From NCBI GenBank assembly GCA_043801585.1, contig JAZDLX010000115.1:1912-65911 (forward strand): a stretch of 64,000 nt of DNA, read 5' to 3'. The DNA comes from a bacterium (GTDB lineage Bacteria; Electryoneota; Electryoneia; Electryoneales; Electryoneaceae). Shown one piece after another: positions 41,262 through 50,344 of this stretch (the stretch's first letter is position 1; each line of letters starts with the position of its first letter). The notes beneath the pieces were generated by a model that made no database searches, had not been told where the DNA came from, and worked only from the letters and a program-made list of their open reading frames with translations. Position numbers and translations under genes: made by a program.

Positions 41262-42647
41262 TTACAATTCAAGCAGCAACTGGCGCGGATCGCTGAGCAG
41301 GCGTGTCAGGTCGGTCACGAAATGTGCGGCCTGAGCTCCGTCCGCGACACGGTGGTCAAACGCCAGCGTCAGCGGGAGCATCTTCCGGATCACGATTTCT
41401 CCTTCACGAACCACAGGCTTTTCCTGAGTCTTGCCCATGCCGAGAATTGCCACTTCAGGATAGTTGATCGTGGGGATCAGGCCGGTGCCGCCGATGGGAC
41501 CGACGTTGGTGATCGTGAATGTCCCGTGCTGCATGTCCCCGATTTCGATCATCCCCTCGCGTCCCTTTGTCGCCAGGTTCACGATGTCAGCAGAGATGTC
41601 GAGGATGCTTTTCTTGTCCGTTCCCTTGACAACGGGAACGATCAAACCGCGCGGCGTATCCGCGGCGAAACCGAGGTTGTAGAACTTCTTGTAGACGATT
41701 TCCTCGCGGAACGGATCGAGGCTGGCATTGAACATCGGGTATTTTTTCAGCAATACGGTGACCGCCTTCATCACGAAGGGGAGCAACGTCAGCTTGCCAC
41801 CCGGCTGATCCTTGCGGCGCTCACGCTCCTTGACACGGAAAGCCTCGAAATCGGTGACGTCCGCCTCGTCCATGTGGGCGACGTGGGGAACAGTGACCAT
41901 TGATGTGGTCATCCGGAACGCGACCTTCCTGCGGATCGAGCGGACGGGTTCGCGCTCCACCTCGCCGAGTGCCTCGAAATTCGGCATCGGTTCAAGCTGG
42001 TAGTAGGGAATGCCGCTTCCGCTGCCGGAGATCGCCGGTTGGCCGCTGCCGGGTTCCTCGGCGGAAACAGCACCGGCATGAGCTGAAACTGCGGTGCGAA
42101 CCGGTGCACCGCCCGAGGCGAACGCTTCGACGTCGCCTTTTGTCACACGGCCGGATGGTCCCGATCCCTGGATCTGATGGATGTCGACGCCAAGCTCGCG
42201 CGAGAGACGGCGGACGGCCGGTGCTGCGGCGACTTTCCCGAGAGGGGTTCCATCAGAACGTTCCGAGGTGGCTGAAACCTGTTGTACAGATACCGCCTCC
42301 GCCTTGGCAATGGTCTCCGCTTTTGCCGCAGGTGCGGATTCAGCCTTGGCTTTCGCTTTCGGCGCTTCGTGTTTCTCCTCAGCCTTTGCGCTGGCGGGAA
42401 GCTCACCGCCGGTGCCGTCGTCGATGACGATAACAACCTCGCCGACGTGCAGCGTGTCGCCAACCTTGCCGTTGAGCTTCACGACCTTCCCGCCCTTCGG
42501 GGAGGGTATCGTCACCGCCGCCTTGTCCGTCTCGACATCCATCAGGTCGGCGTCTTCTTCAATGATATCGCCCTCCTTGACGTGCCACTCAAGAAGTTCG
42601 CCCTCATGAATGCCTTCGCCGAGATCGGGCAGTTTGAATTCAAACAC
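41262..42647 (-). CDS. dihydrolipoamide acyltransferase (E2) of branched-chain 2-oxoacid dehydrogenase complex
   Basis: Lipoyl domain (VETDKAAVTIPSP), peripheral-subunit-binding domain (PAVRRLSRELGVD), catalytic DHRVADGA motif. Confidence 0.9.
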   Translation of the reverse strand: MFEFKLPDLGEGIHEGELLEWHVKEGDIIEEDADLMDVETDKAAVTIPSPKGGKVVKLNGKVGDTLHVGEVVIVIDDGTGGELPASAKAEEKHEAPKAKAKAESAPAAKAETIAKAEAVSVQQVSATSERSDGTPLGKVAAAPAVRRLSRELGVDIHQIQGSGPSGRVTKGDVEAFASGGAPVRTAVSAHAGAVSAEEPGSGQPAISGSGSGIPYYQLEPMPNFEALGEVEREPVRSIRRKVAFRMTTSMVTVPHVAHMDEADVTDFEAFRVKERERRKDQPGGKLTLLPFVMKAVTVLLKKYPMFNASLDPFREEIVYKKFYNLGFAADTPRGLIVPVVKGTDKKSILDISADIVNLATKGREGMIEIGDMQHGTFTITNVGPIGGTGLIPTINYPEVAILGMGKTQEKPVVREGEIVIRKMLPLTLAFDHRVADGAQAAHFVTDLTRLLSDPRQLLLEL

Positions 42648-42656
42648 GGTCGCCTC

Positions 42657-43637
42657 CTAGAAGTCGAGGGTTTCCTCGATGGCCCGGCGGATGCGCCCCA
42701 CACTCGGGAGATAGTAATTCTCCCGGGAAAAGTAGGGCATGATCAGGTCGTATCCCGTGACACGCTTGACCGGCGCTTCAAGGTACATCAGTGCCTTGTC
42801 GTTGATGATCGAAATGATCTCCGAGGCAGGACCGAGAGTCTTCTGCGCCTCCTGCACTATGACGCAACGTCCCGTCTTGGTGACGGATTTTGCAATAGCT
42901 TCGCCATCCATGGGATAAATCGTCTGCAGGTCGATCAGTTCGATTCCGGTGTGTCCCTGCTCGGTCATCTCCTCGACGATCTTCTGGGTTTTGTGTAGCA
43001 TGGCGCCCCAGGCGATCACGGTGATGTCATTGCCTTCGGTAACGATGCGAGCCTTGCCGAGTTCCATCGCCTCGCCGTTGTCGTTGATCTCCTCCTTGAA
43101 AGCGCGGTAGCTGTGTTTCGGCTCCATGAAGACCACTGGGTCGGGATCACGGATCGCGCCGAGCAGCAACCCGTAGGCTGTCGCCGGAGTGGAGGGGATC
43201 ACGGTTTTCATCCCCGTTGTGTGAGCGTAATAGGTCTCCTTGGACTCGCTGTGGTGCTCCAGGGCGCGAACGCCGCCGCCGTAGGGCATCCGCAGCACCA
43301 GCGGCACGGTATGCTGTCCACGGGAACGTGTGCGCATCCGTGCGCCGTTCCCTTCAAGCTGTGGGATCATCAGGTAGCTGAAACCCGAGAACTGTGCTTC
43401 GGCCACAGGTTTCAGGCCGTTGATCGCCATCCCGATCGCGGTGCCGATAATCGCGGATTCCGCCAGCGGGGTATCAATCGCCCGTTGCGGGCCGAATTTG
43501 TCGATAAGGCCGTCGGTGGCGCGGAAAACACCACCGTTGACACCGACATCCTCGCCGAGTACCAGAACGGAGCTGTCGCGTTCCATTTCCTGGTGCAGGG
43601 CGAGATTGATCGCCTGAACCATCGTGAGCTTAGGCAT
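42657..43637 (-). CDS. 2-oxoisovalerate dehydrogenase E1 component beta subunit
   Basis: MPKLTMVQAINLALHQEMERD... transketolase-like E1beta. ATG 43637 lies 4 nt after the E1alpha stop. Confidence 0.9.
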   Translation of the reverse strand: MPKLTMVQAINLALHQEMERDSSVLVLGEDVGVNGGVFRATDGLIDKFGPQRAIDTPLAESAIIGTAIGMAINGLKPVAEAQFSGFSYLMIPQLEGNGARMRTRSRGQHTVPLVLRMPYGGGVRALEHHSESKETYYAHTTGMKTVIPSTPATAYGLLLGAIRDPDPVVFMEPKHSYRAFKEEINDNGEAMELGKARIVTEGNDITVIAWGAMLHKTQKIVEEMTEQGHTGIELIDLQTIYPMDGEAIAKSVTKTGRCVIVQEAQKTLGPASEIISIINDKALMYLEAPVKRVTGYDLIMPYFSRENYYLPSVGRIRRAIEETLDF

Positions 43638-44724
43638 TGTTCTGATCCTTCTGTAGGTCTGCGAGGAATTCCTGGTGCTGCTCGACGAGCGGCGCCACCT
43701 CTGTGCCAAACGTTGTCTCGAACGGCTCATCGAGTCTGAAATCGGTGTAGGATTCAAACTGCGTCACCGCCTCGTCGATCTCCGCCTTGAGTTCTTCCTC
43801 GAGCTTCACGTTCTTTTTGTCGTCCCAGAGCTTTTTCTTCTCGAGATAGAGCTTGAAACGGGTGATCGGATCGCGCTTCACCCACTCCTCGACCTCTTCC
43901 TGGGAACGGTATTTCTTCGGATCGTCGGCGGTGGTGTGCATCAGCATCCGGTAGGTGTTCGCCTCGATCAGCGAGGGGCCTTCGCCCTTGCGCGCCCGGT
44001 CGAGGGCTTCCTTCGTCGCCCTGTAGACAGCGAGAGCGTCATTGCCGTCCACCTGGATGCCGGGGATGCCGTAGGCGATCGACCGCTGGGCGAGGGTCTC
44101 GATTGCCATCTGTTTGTTCAATGGTGTCGAGATCGCCCAATGGTTGTTCTGGTTCAGGAACACGACCGGCGCTTTCCACACGGCGGCGAAGTTGACCGCT
44201 TCGTGAATGTCGCCCTGGGAAGAGGCCCCGTCACCGTAGAAGGTCAGCACCGCGTTTTTCGTTCCCTTGACCTTTTCGGCGTAGGCAATCCCCACGGCGT
44301 GGGGGACCTGCGAGCCGAGGATGATCGCCACGGGGAGAATGCGGCTGTTGTCCTTGACCACGTTACCCTCTTCGAATCCCGCGTAGACGAGCATCGGGTT
44401 CAGGGGCTTTTCTCCGCGCATCAAACGACCGGCGAGTTCACGGTAGGCCGTCACCATCCAGTCGTCTTTTTCGAGGGCAAGCGCCGAAGCTGCGGAAACC
44501 GCTTCCTGCCCGACACAAACCGGGAGGGTTCCGAGTCGTCCCTGCCGTTGAAGCTTGAGCATCCGCTCATCCGTGCGGCGGGCGAGAAGCATGATTCGGT
44601 ACAACTTCAACAAATCATCCTTTGAAAGCTTCGGATCGAGCTTCTCATCAACATTGCCGTCCTCGTCGAGGACCTGCATGTACGAGATGCTGAATTTCTG
44701 GATCACTTTCGTGGGCATGATCAT
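43630..44724 (-). CDS. 2-oxoisovalerate dehydrogenase E1 component alpha subunit (TPP-dependent)
   Basis: YGDGASSQGD TPP-binding motif; FLNQNNHWAIST. Start taken at MIMPTKV. Confidence 0.9.
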   Translation of the reverse strand: MIMPTKVIQKFSISYMQVLDEDGNVDEKLDPKLSKDDLLKLYRIMLLARRTDERMLKLQRQGRLGTLPVCVGQEAVSAASALALEKDDWMVTAYRELAGRLMRGEKPLNPMLVYAGFEEGNVVKDNSRILPVAIILGSQVPHAVGIAYAEKVKGTKNAVLTFYGDGASSQGDIHEAVNFAAVWKAPVVFLNQNNHWAISTPLNKQMAIETLAQRSIAYGIPGIQVDGNDALAVYRATKEALDRARKGEGPSLIEANTYRMLMHTTADDPKKYRSQEEVEEWVKRDPITRFKLYLEKKKLWDDKKNVKLEEELKAEIDEAVTQFESYTDFRLDEPFETTFGTEVAPLVEQHQEFLADLQKDQNNA

Positions 44725-44781
44725 TCCCTTTTGTCTTTCGGACTCATCGAAGTTGGTCACGTCAATGCAGCCGGACCTCAT

Positions 44782-45189
44782 GAGTTCCCGGATTCGTATA
44801 AAATTCGATAAAAAGATAGCCGTACCTAACGGAGCGCGTCAACGAAACCCAATCCGGCAGGGAGCATGGCGTTGAAGTGATGAAAACACCCGTCTCAGGG
44901 GTGAAAACAACAATGGAAACATTGTAATATGTCGCATCAGAGAGGGGAAAAATGATCGCTATCTGTCTGATATATAAGATGATATATACTCACTTTGAAC
45001 TCCCGGGGAAGGCGAGTGTGGGGAGGAAGGAACGTTCAGCAAACCGGTGGCGAATCCTTTGAATCGGCCTGAACAAGACTCCTTTTGTGAACTGAAACCG
45101 GGGCTACCTGGATGTGTGCTACTGAAAGTAAGGAAGGTATAACGTCATATAATACGATAACGTATTAACTCTGGATGAACGGCACATCC
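44782..45189. promoter_or_regulatory. AT-rich ~400-bp leader/promoter region of the bkd operon
   Basis: The only strongly AT-rich intergenic block in the window. Contains the near-palindromic ctgatatataagatgatatatact element ~170 nt upstream of the E1alpha start. Confidence 0.4.
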
Positions 45190-45378
45190 TCACGATTCTT
45201 TTCGGAACATGGCTTTTACCACACCGCAGATGGGACAACTCCAGGTGTCAGGAATTTCTTCAAAAGGGGTTCCGGGCTCGACATCGCCCTCAAGATCGCC
45301 CAACGATGGCACATACACATAGCCACAAACGACACAACGGTACCTCGCCTCCCCCGCCTGTTCGGGCACTTTCACCAT
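45190..45378 (-). CDS. rubredoxin
   Basis: CVVCGYVY...CPICGV double CxxCG iron-ligand knuckles. ~62 aa. Confidence 0.9.
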   Translation of the reverse strand: MVKVPEQAGEARYRCVVCGYVYVPSLGDLEGDVEPGTPFEEIPDTWSCPICGVVKAMFRKES

Positions 45379-45461
45379 GATCACTCCTCACTGACTGTTT
45401 CTATGAAAGATAAGGAATGAATCGTGATCCAATGAAGAACGAAAAGCAGACAAAGAAAGGT

Positions 45462-46784
45462 TCATTCGTCAGACAGATGGTGCAGCAGATAGCGGAAAGG
45501 AGGAGTCAGTTGCCCCTGATGAGCGATCACCGAAAGACGAAACGCAGGAGGCAATTCGAGTTTGTCGAAAGGCTGTGAAAAATCGACTTCTGCCAGGGCA
45601 GGAAGAAGGGGTTTCAGCATCGCTCCGAAGTGAACGGAGGATGTCTCAGGGATTTCGCTGGGCAGGATGTCCACCGTCATCATCAGTAAACCTTCGCCCT
45701 CAAATCCATCCCGGATCTGTCCGGTTTCCGGAAGGTAGACGTAGACGGGATTGTCCGGGAGTGTGGCTTTGACAGTAGTCTCAACACTCCCGCCGACATC
45801 GCAGGTGATATCGCCAATGACCAGGAGTTTCGGATCATCATCAGTGTAAAGCCGTTTTGCATCGTCAAGGGTGACGAGTTTCGGGAACCGTTCGTCCCAG
45901 TAGATACCATTGACCATCACTGTGAGGCTCGGCAGGTACCGCGAAAAATTGGACCGGTAACGTTCGGGATGCTGGGTATACTCGTCGAAATCAAATCCAT
46001 CACCGCCATCGATTCGCTCCAGGAAATACTCCATGTTGAAATACACCACATAAACCTCGTGGCCGCTTAGCCCGGCGAGAGCTTCTCCGTCCTGTAGCTG
46101 CTCGATGGTCAATTCCACAGGGTTCATCACGTCGAGAACATCACGCGCTCCGCCGGCCACACGTCCTTCGCCGGTAATCCCGATGATCAAGGGGGAAACC
46201 GCCGCGGGGAGCCCCTGCTTATGGATTTGATCGCCCACGCGATGCATGGCTTCCTTCGCCTCGGCAAGACCCCCCTGATAGCGGATCGACTGTTCAAGCG
46301 TAGTAAGCGGAGAATCGATGCCTTTCGCGAGCAATCGTTGCCCAAGCGCCCAAAGGCTGTTGATCGTTCCAGCCTGTCCGGCCTGGTAGGAAAAGGCAAT
46401 CAGCCGGAGGCCATCCTCATCCGTCACCAGTTCGTAATCCAACAGCGTGACGTTTTTCATGAGAACACTTGCCAGCAGCGGCATGTTGTAGGGTTGGCCC
46501 TTGGCCGTGTGTGAAAAGAAAAGATGCGGTTTGCCATCGATCAACCGCTCGACAGGTACTTCCTTGATCCCGACGATCAGGTCGCAATCGCTGAGGTCGT
46601 CGGTGAGGGTCGCTCCGGCCTCGCGGTAGGCGCTGTCGGGGAAAATGCGCGTGTCCGAAGGTTCGATCGACACTTGAATGCGATGATCCCTGACCAGCTC
46701 CGCGACGTCGTTCGGTGTCAACGGTGCCCTGCGTTCCAGTTCAGATTTGTCTTCCCGGCGAATGCCGATGTGTTTACCCGTCAT
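45462..46784 (-). CDS. lysine-ketoglutarate reductase / saccharopine dehydrogenase (LKR-domain, AlaDH-PNT fold) family protein
   Basis: IGIRREDKSELERRAPLTP, LFFSHTAKGQ, LLDYELVTDEDGLRLIAFSYQAGQAGTIN, VNGIYWDERFPKLVT and IGDITCDVGGSVE align with the LKR domain of eukaryotic AASS (VRREDVNAWERRAPLAP…). Confidence 0.7.
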   Translation of the reverse strand: MTGKHIGIRREDKSELERRAPLTPNDVAELVRDHRIQVSIEPSDTRIFPDSAYREAGATLTDDLSDCDLIVGIKEVPVERLIDGKPHLFFSHTAKGQPYNMPLLASVLMKNVTLLDYELVTDEDGLRLIAFSYQAGQAGTINSLWALGQRLLAKGIDSPLTTLEQSIRYQGGLAEAKEAMHRVGDQIHKQGLPAAVSPLIIGITGEGRVAGGARDVLDVMNPVELTIEQLQDGEALAGLSGHEVYVVYFNMEYFLERIDGGDGFDFDEYTQHPERYRSNFSRYLPSLTVMVNGIYWDERFPKLVTLDDAKRLYTDDDPKLLVIGDITCDVGGSVETTVKATLPDNPVYVYLPETGQIRDGFEGEGLLMMTVDILPSEIPETSSVHFGAMLKPLLPALAEVDFSQPFDKLELPPAFRLSVIAHQGQLTPPFRYLLHHLSDE

Positions 46785-46892
46785 CTTTCCTCTCCAGGAC
46801 TTCGTGCCGGAAGGGTAGGGTCCGAATGACCTCAGAACAAGAGAACCCCGGAAACCTGCTCCCGGGGTCCGGATGAGACATCGAACGGGATG

Positions 46893-48938
46893 TCAGTGGC
46901 CGGGGACGTTTGCCTGCAACGCTACCGTCGCAGTGTTTTCGCTGCCCTCGGCCATTTCAATCGGCAATCGAACGGATGCACTGCCAAGGTAACAGAGCCC
47001 CTCGTTGTCTTTCCGGCAGAAGAAATACTCCGCCTGCAAGGTGATCGAACCATCACCGCTGATTTGCACCGGAATGTTCACCGGAAGCGACTTGGCGGTA
47101 ACGAGTTCCTGTACGCTGGAGACACCGCCCGAAGTACCTGCAATCGTCACTCGAGCCCCGCCCTCCGCGTTGAGTTTGAATCCCTCGGGGAAGCTGACGT
47201 CAAAGGTGATGGAAACGGGTCCGCCGGCGAGTCTGGCGACGTTCAATTCCGTAGCGTGATCGGATTCCGCCTCGGCGGGTGTAGCCGGCATCATGGAATC
47301 CAATCCCTTCAACGCCAGCGTGATGACCGTTCCTTTCGCGGGGTCGATCACACGGATCAAATTGTTGTTTGTATCCGCGACATAGACCGTGCCGTCGTCG
47401 GCGACATCCAGGCCGCCCGGCTCGTCGAACGTGGCCTCCAGCAGGAGACCGTCCTCATGACCCTCATTCCCGGTGCCCGCGAACGTCTCGGCGCTGTACT
47501 CCTCCGGGATCACTTTCTTGATCTTGTTGTTGTACGTGTCGGCGACATAGAGCACGCCATCGTGCCATGCCACTCCGAGCGGGTGCTGCAGCCGGGCTTT
47601 CATTCTTCCGCCATCGACGTCGCCGAAATCGAACAATCCCTGTCCGACGATACTCATCACCCCGCCGTTCGGGTCAAGCTCGATGGAGCGGATGGCGGAC
47701 ACCTCACTGTCAGCGGTAAACAGCCTCTTTTTACCGTCCGTCGTAATGCCGGATGGTTGCGCCATAGCCGCCAGCAACCGTGGACCGTCCACGATGTCCT
47801 CGCGTCCCGATCCCGCCCAAAGTCCAACTTCCTTGTTCCGAGGATCGTAGTACCAGACCTGGTGAGAGCCCGCCATGGCGATGTAGAGTATCTCGCCGAC
47901 AGTGACGAGGTCCCAGGGACTTGTCAGGCGGGTTTCCAGAGCCGGAGTGGCGCCGCCGCCATACCCGCCCTGTTGCCCTGTCCCGGCGACACGAGTCACT
48001 GTTTTCCTTTTCAGATCAGCCGCACGCAGAGAGTGATTCTGGGTGTCCGCGATGTAGAGAAGATCACCGACGAGTTCCAGTCCCTGGGGGGAGTTGAACG
48101 TCGCCTCCGAAAAGATCCCGTCCGTCATCCCGCGTTCGCCGTTTCCGATCACGTCGATCACCTCCGCCGTGGATCGGTTGACCACCAGCACACGGTTGTG
48201 GCCGGAATCGCCGATGAAGAGGCGGTTTCCCTTTTCGTCCACACGGATCTTGCCGGGAAACTCAAGAAGCGAGAGGGGCGCGGAATCCCTTTCCAGTTTC
48301 AAAGCGAGAGATGTCGTGTCGAGCTTGCCCCGTTGGGCGAACGTCCTCGCAATCTGTCCGATCAGTGGATCGAACGTTTCCGGTGCGCCCTCTCCGGACT
48401 GCGCCGCCGCGATATATCCTTCGGGATCGATCAACACCATCGTCGGCCACGCATGGACGTTGTAGGAACGCCAGACGACAAACTCTTTATCGTTGACGAC
48501 AGGGTGCTCGATCCCGTAACGGAGGATCGCCTCGCGGATATTTTTCGTATCCCCTTCGTTCTCGAACTTCGCCGAATGCACTCCGACCACGGCAAGACTG
48601 TCGCCGTATTTCTGTTCGAGGTCATGTAGTTTCGGCAGAACGTGCATGCAGTTGATGCAGCAGTAGGTCCAGAAATCGAGAACCACAACCTTTCCCCGTA
48701 GTTGGGCAAGGGATAGAGGTTGCGATGTATTCAGCCAGTCCATGCCGTGGGGAAACTCAGGCGCACGAGCATCCTGTTTGTAGGGTAGCGTCATCGAAGG
48801 TGTATCTCCCGCTGTGACTGGGGACAGGGCGACGGATGCAAGCAGCATCCCAATTGCCAGCATCACACGAACATGAGTCGGGCGACGCGGTTTTCTTATT
48901 GAATTGCAGCGGATGATCGGCGGTCTGTCCGGATTCAT
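46893..48938 (-). CDS. thioredoxin-like (CxxC) domain fused to NHL-repeat beta-propeller (NHLRC2-like), secreted/periplasmic
   Basis: Signal-like N-terminus. Redoxin motif VVLDFWTYCCINCMHVLP. C-terminal repeated ...GxxxGxxxxA..FxxPxGL NHL blades. Confidence 0.75.
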   Translation of the reverse strand: MNPDRPPIIRCNSIRKPRRPTHVRVMLAIGMLLASVALSPVTAGDTPSMTLPYKQDARAPEFPHGMDWLNTSQPLSLAQLRGKVVVLDFWTYCCINCMHVLPKLHDLEQKYGDSLAVVGVHSAKFENEGDTKNIREAILRYGIEHPVVNDKEFVVWRSYNVHAWPTMVLIDPEGYIAAAQSGEGAPETFDPLIGQIARTFAQRGKLDTTSLALKLERDSAPLSLLEFPGKIRVDEKGNRLFIGDSGHNRVLVVNRSTAEVIDVIGNGERGMTDGIFSEATFNSPQGLELVGDLLYIADTQNHSLRAADLKRKTVTRVAGTGQQGGYGGGATPALETRLTSPWDLVTVGEILYIAMAGSHQVWYYDPRNKEVGLWAGSGREDIVDGPRLLAAMAQPSGITTDGKKRLFTADSEVSAIRSIELDPNGGVMSIVGQGLFDFGDVDGGRMKARLQHPLGVAWHDGVLYVADTYNNKIKKVIPEEYSAETFAGTGNEGHEDGLLLEATFDEPGGLDVADDGTVYVADTNNNLIRVIDPAKGTVITLALKGLDSMMPATPAEAESDHATELNVARLAGGPVSITFDVSFPEGFKLNAEGGARVTIAGTSGGVSSVQELVTAKSLPVNIPVQISGDGSITLQAEYFFCRKDNEGLCYLGSASVRLPIEMAEGSENTATVALQANVPGH

Positions 48939-49201
48939 GCATCCTCCCGTTGAGGCATCTGAAGAGTACACTGGACGCAAGGTGGAGCGGAGCAGGGGAA
49001 ATGGTTGAACGCTAAGCTCCTGGAGTTCAGATCACCGAACAATTGGAGACACAATAGGACCACGTGCATGAAATAGTAACAAGCGATGAAACGTCGTCCT
49101 GTAGTTCGAAGGTTGACCATCGGCGTCGGACGACAGGTTCGGCACAGCACAGCTGTTCAACGGTGAAAGACTATCCTGGCAACCAGTCGGAGAGGTAAAA
49201 C

Positions 49202-49816
49202 ATGAATAGATCACAGGTGATTCCCGTCTTCTCGAAAACAGTACTGATCGCCGCTGTCCTGCTTATATCCACTCAGATGGTCCGTGCACAGCTGATGAAG
49301 GAGAGTGATATGACGAGCAACATGGACTACCGAGACCTCCCGTTCCAGACGATCACGGGCGACACTGCGACCTTGAACACTTTCCACGGGAAGGTCATCC
49401 TGATCGTGAACACCGCCAGCAAATGCGGGTTTACACCCCAGTACGAGGGGTTGGAAGCGATGTACATGAAATACAAGGATCGCGGTTTCACGATCATCGG
49501 ATTTCCAGCGAACGATTTTCTCGGGCAGGAGCCGGGTTCAAATGAAGAGATCGCGACATTCTGCAAGACGGAATACGGAGTTTCTTTTCCGATGATGGCA
49601 AAAGTCCACGTCAAAGGGGATGAACAGATTCCTCTCTACGAGTACCTCACCGAAAAGTCACCGTTTCCCGGCAAGATCACTTGGAACTTCAACAAGTTCC
49701 TGCTTGACCGGGATGGCAATGTCATCGCGCGATTTGACACACGGACGAAACCCGAGGACGAGAATGTCGTAACCGAAGTGGAGAAAGCCCTGTCGAGCGG
49801 TGAACAGAAGATGTAA
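49202..49816 (+). CDS. glutathione peroxidase-family thiol peroxidase, with signal peptide
   Basis: VNTASKCGFTPQY peroxidatic Cys motif, GFPANDF, and resolving region FCKTEYGV. Confidence 0.88.
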   Translation: MNRSQVIPVFSKTVLIAAVLLISTQMVRAQLMKESDMTSNMDYRDLPFQTITGDTATLNTFHGKVILIVNTASKCGFTPQYEGLEAMYMKYKDRGFTIIGFPANDFLGQEPGSNEEIATFCKTEYGVSFPMMAKVHVKGDEQIPLYEYLTEKSPFPGKITWNFNKFLLDRDGNVIARFDTRTKPEDENVVTEVEKALSSGEQKM

Positions 49817-49907
49817 CCCTTTTACGGACAGACTTGATATTATGTGGCCCTGTTTGCTTGCAAACAAGGTTTCTTTTAGTCAGCCGTCTGATCTGGTGAA
49901 GCAGCCT

Positions 49908-50340
49908 GTAGGCCGGGGTCTCCGAACCCGGCGCAGTGTGGCGTGGCTTGTGGCCCGGCTGCCCCGTCAGCCGGGTTTCAGAAGTTTTTGTGTAGGCCGG
50001 GGTCTCCGAACCCGGCGCAGTGTGGTGCGGCGTGTGGCGCGGCGTGTAGCCCGGCTGCCCCGTTAGCCGGATTTCAGAAGTTTTTGTGTAGGCCGGGGTC
50101 TCCGAATCCGGCGCAGTGTGGTGCGGCGTGTGGCCCGGCTGCCCCGTCAGCCGGGTTTCAGAAGTTTGTAATGTAGGCCGAGGTCTCCGAACCCGGCGCA
50201 GTGTGGCGCGGCGTGTGGCCCAGCTGCCCCGTCAGCCGGGTTTCGGAAGTTTTTGTGTAGGCCGGGGTCTCCGAACCCGGCGCTGTGTGGTGCGGCGTGT
50301 GGCCCGGTCCCGACCGTTCGGGACCGGGTATCATCCGACT
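49908..50340 (+). repeat. tandem array of ~5 units (84, 96, 85, 84, ~84 bp), each with two hairpins, the second terminator-like
   Basis: Unit consensus gtaggccggggtctccgaacccggcgcagtgtggYgYggcKtgtggcccggctgccccgtcagccgggtttcagaagtttttgt. Hairpin 1 is gccggg/cccggc, hairpin 2 is cccggctg/cagccggg followed by TTTcagaagTTTTTgT. Units start near 49908, 49992, 50088, 50173, 50257. Unit 2 carries a 12-bp internal duplication; the last unit ends in a different perfect 10-bp hairpin. Confidence 0.85.
50313..50340. terminator. perfect 10-bp stem-loop (cccggtcccg-accgtt-cgggaccggg) closing the repeat array, just past the stop of the minus-strand hydroxylase gene
   Basis: Perfect inverted repeat seen directly. 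No U-tract on either side, so its function (terminator versus RNA-stability element) is uncertain. Confidence 0.35.
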
Positions 50341-50344
50341 CAGA

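Noticed and set aside
46890-48629. 579-aa plus-strand ORF opposite the Trx–NHL gene
   Set aside because: It is antisense to a gene with clear redoxin and NHL motifs, and its translation is Arg/Gly-rich junk.
49908-50340. Possibility that the tandem repeats are a CRISPR array
   Set aside because: Whole ~85-bp units recur contiguously with only point variation. There are no short conserved repeats alternating with unique spacers, and no cas genes nearby.
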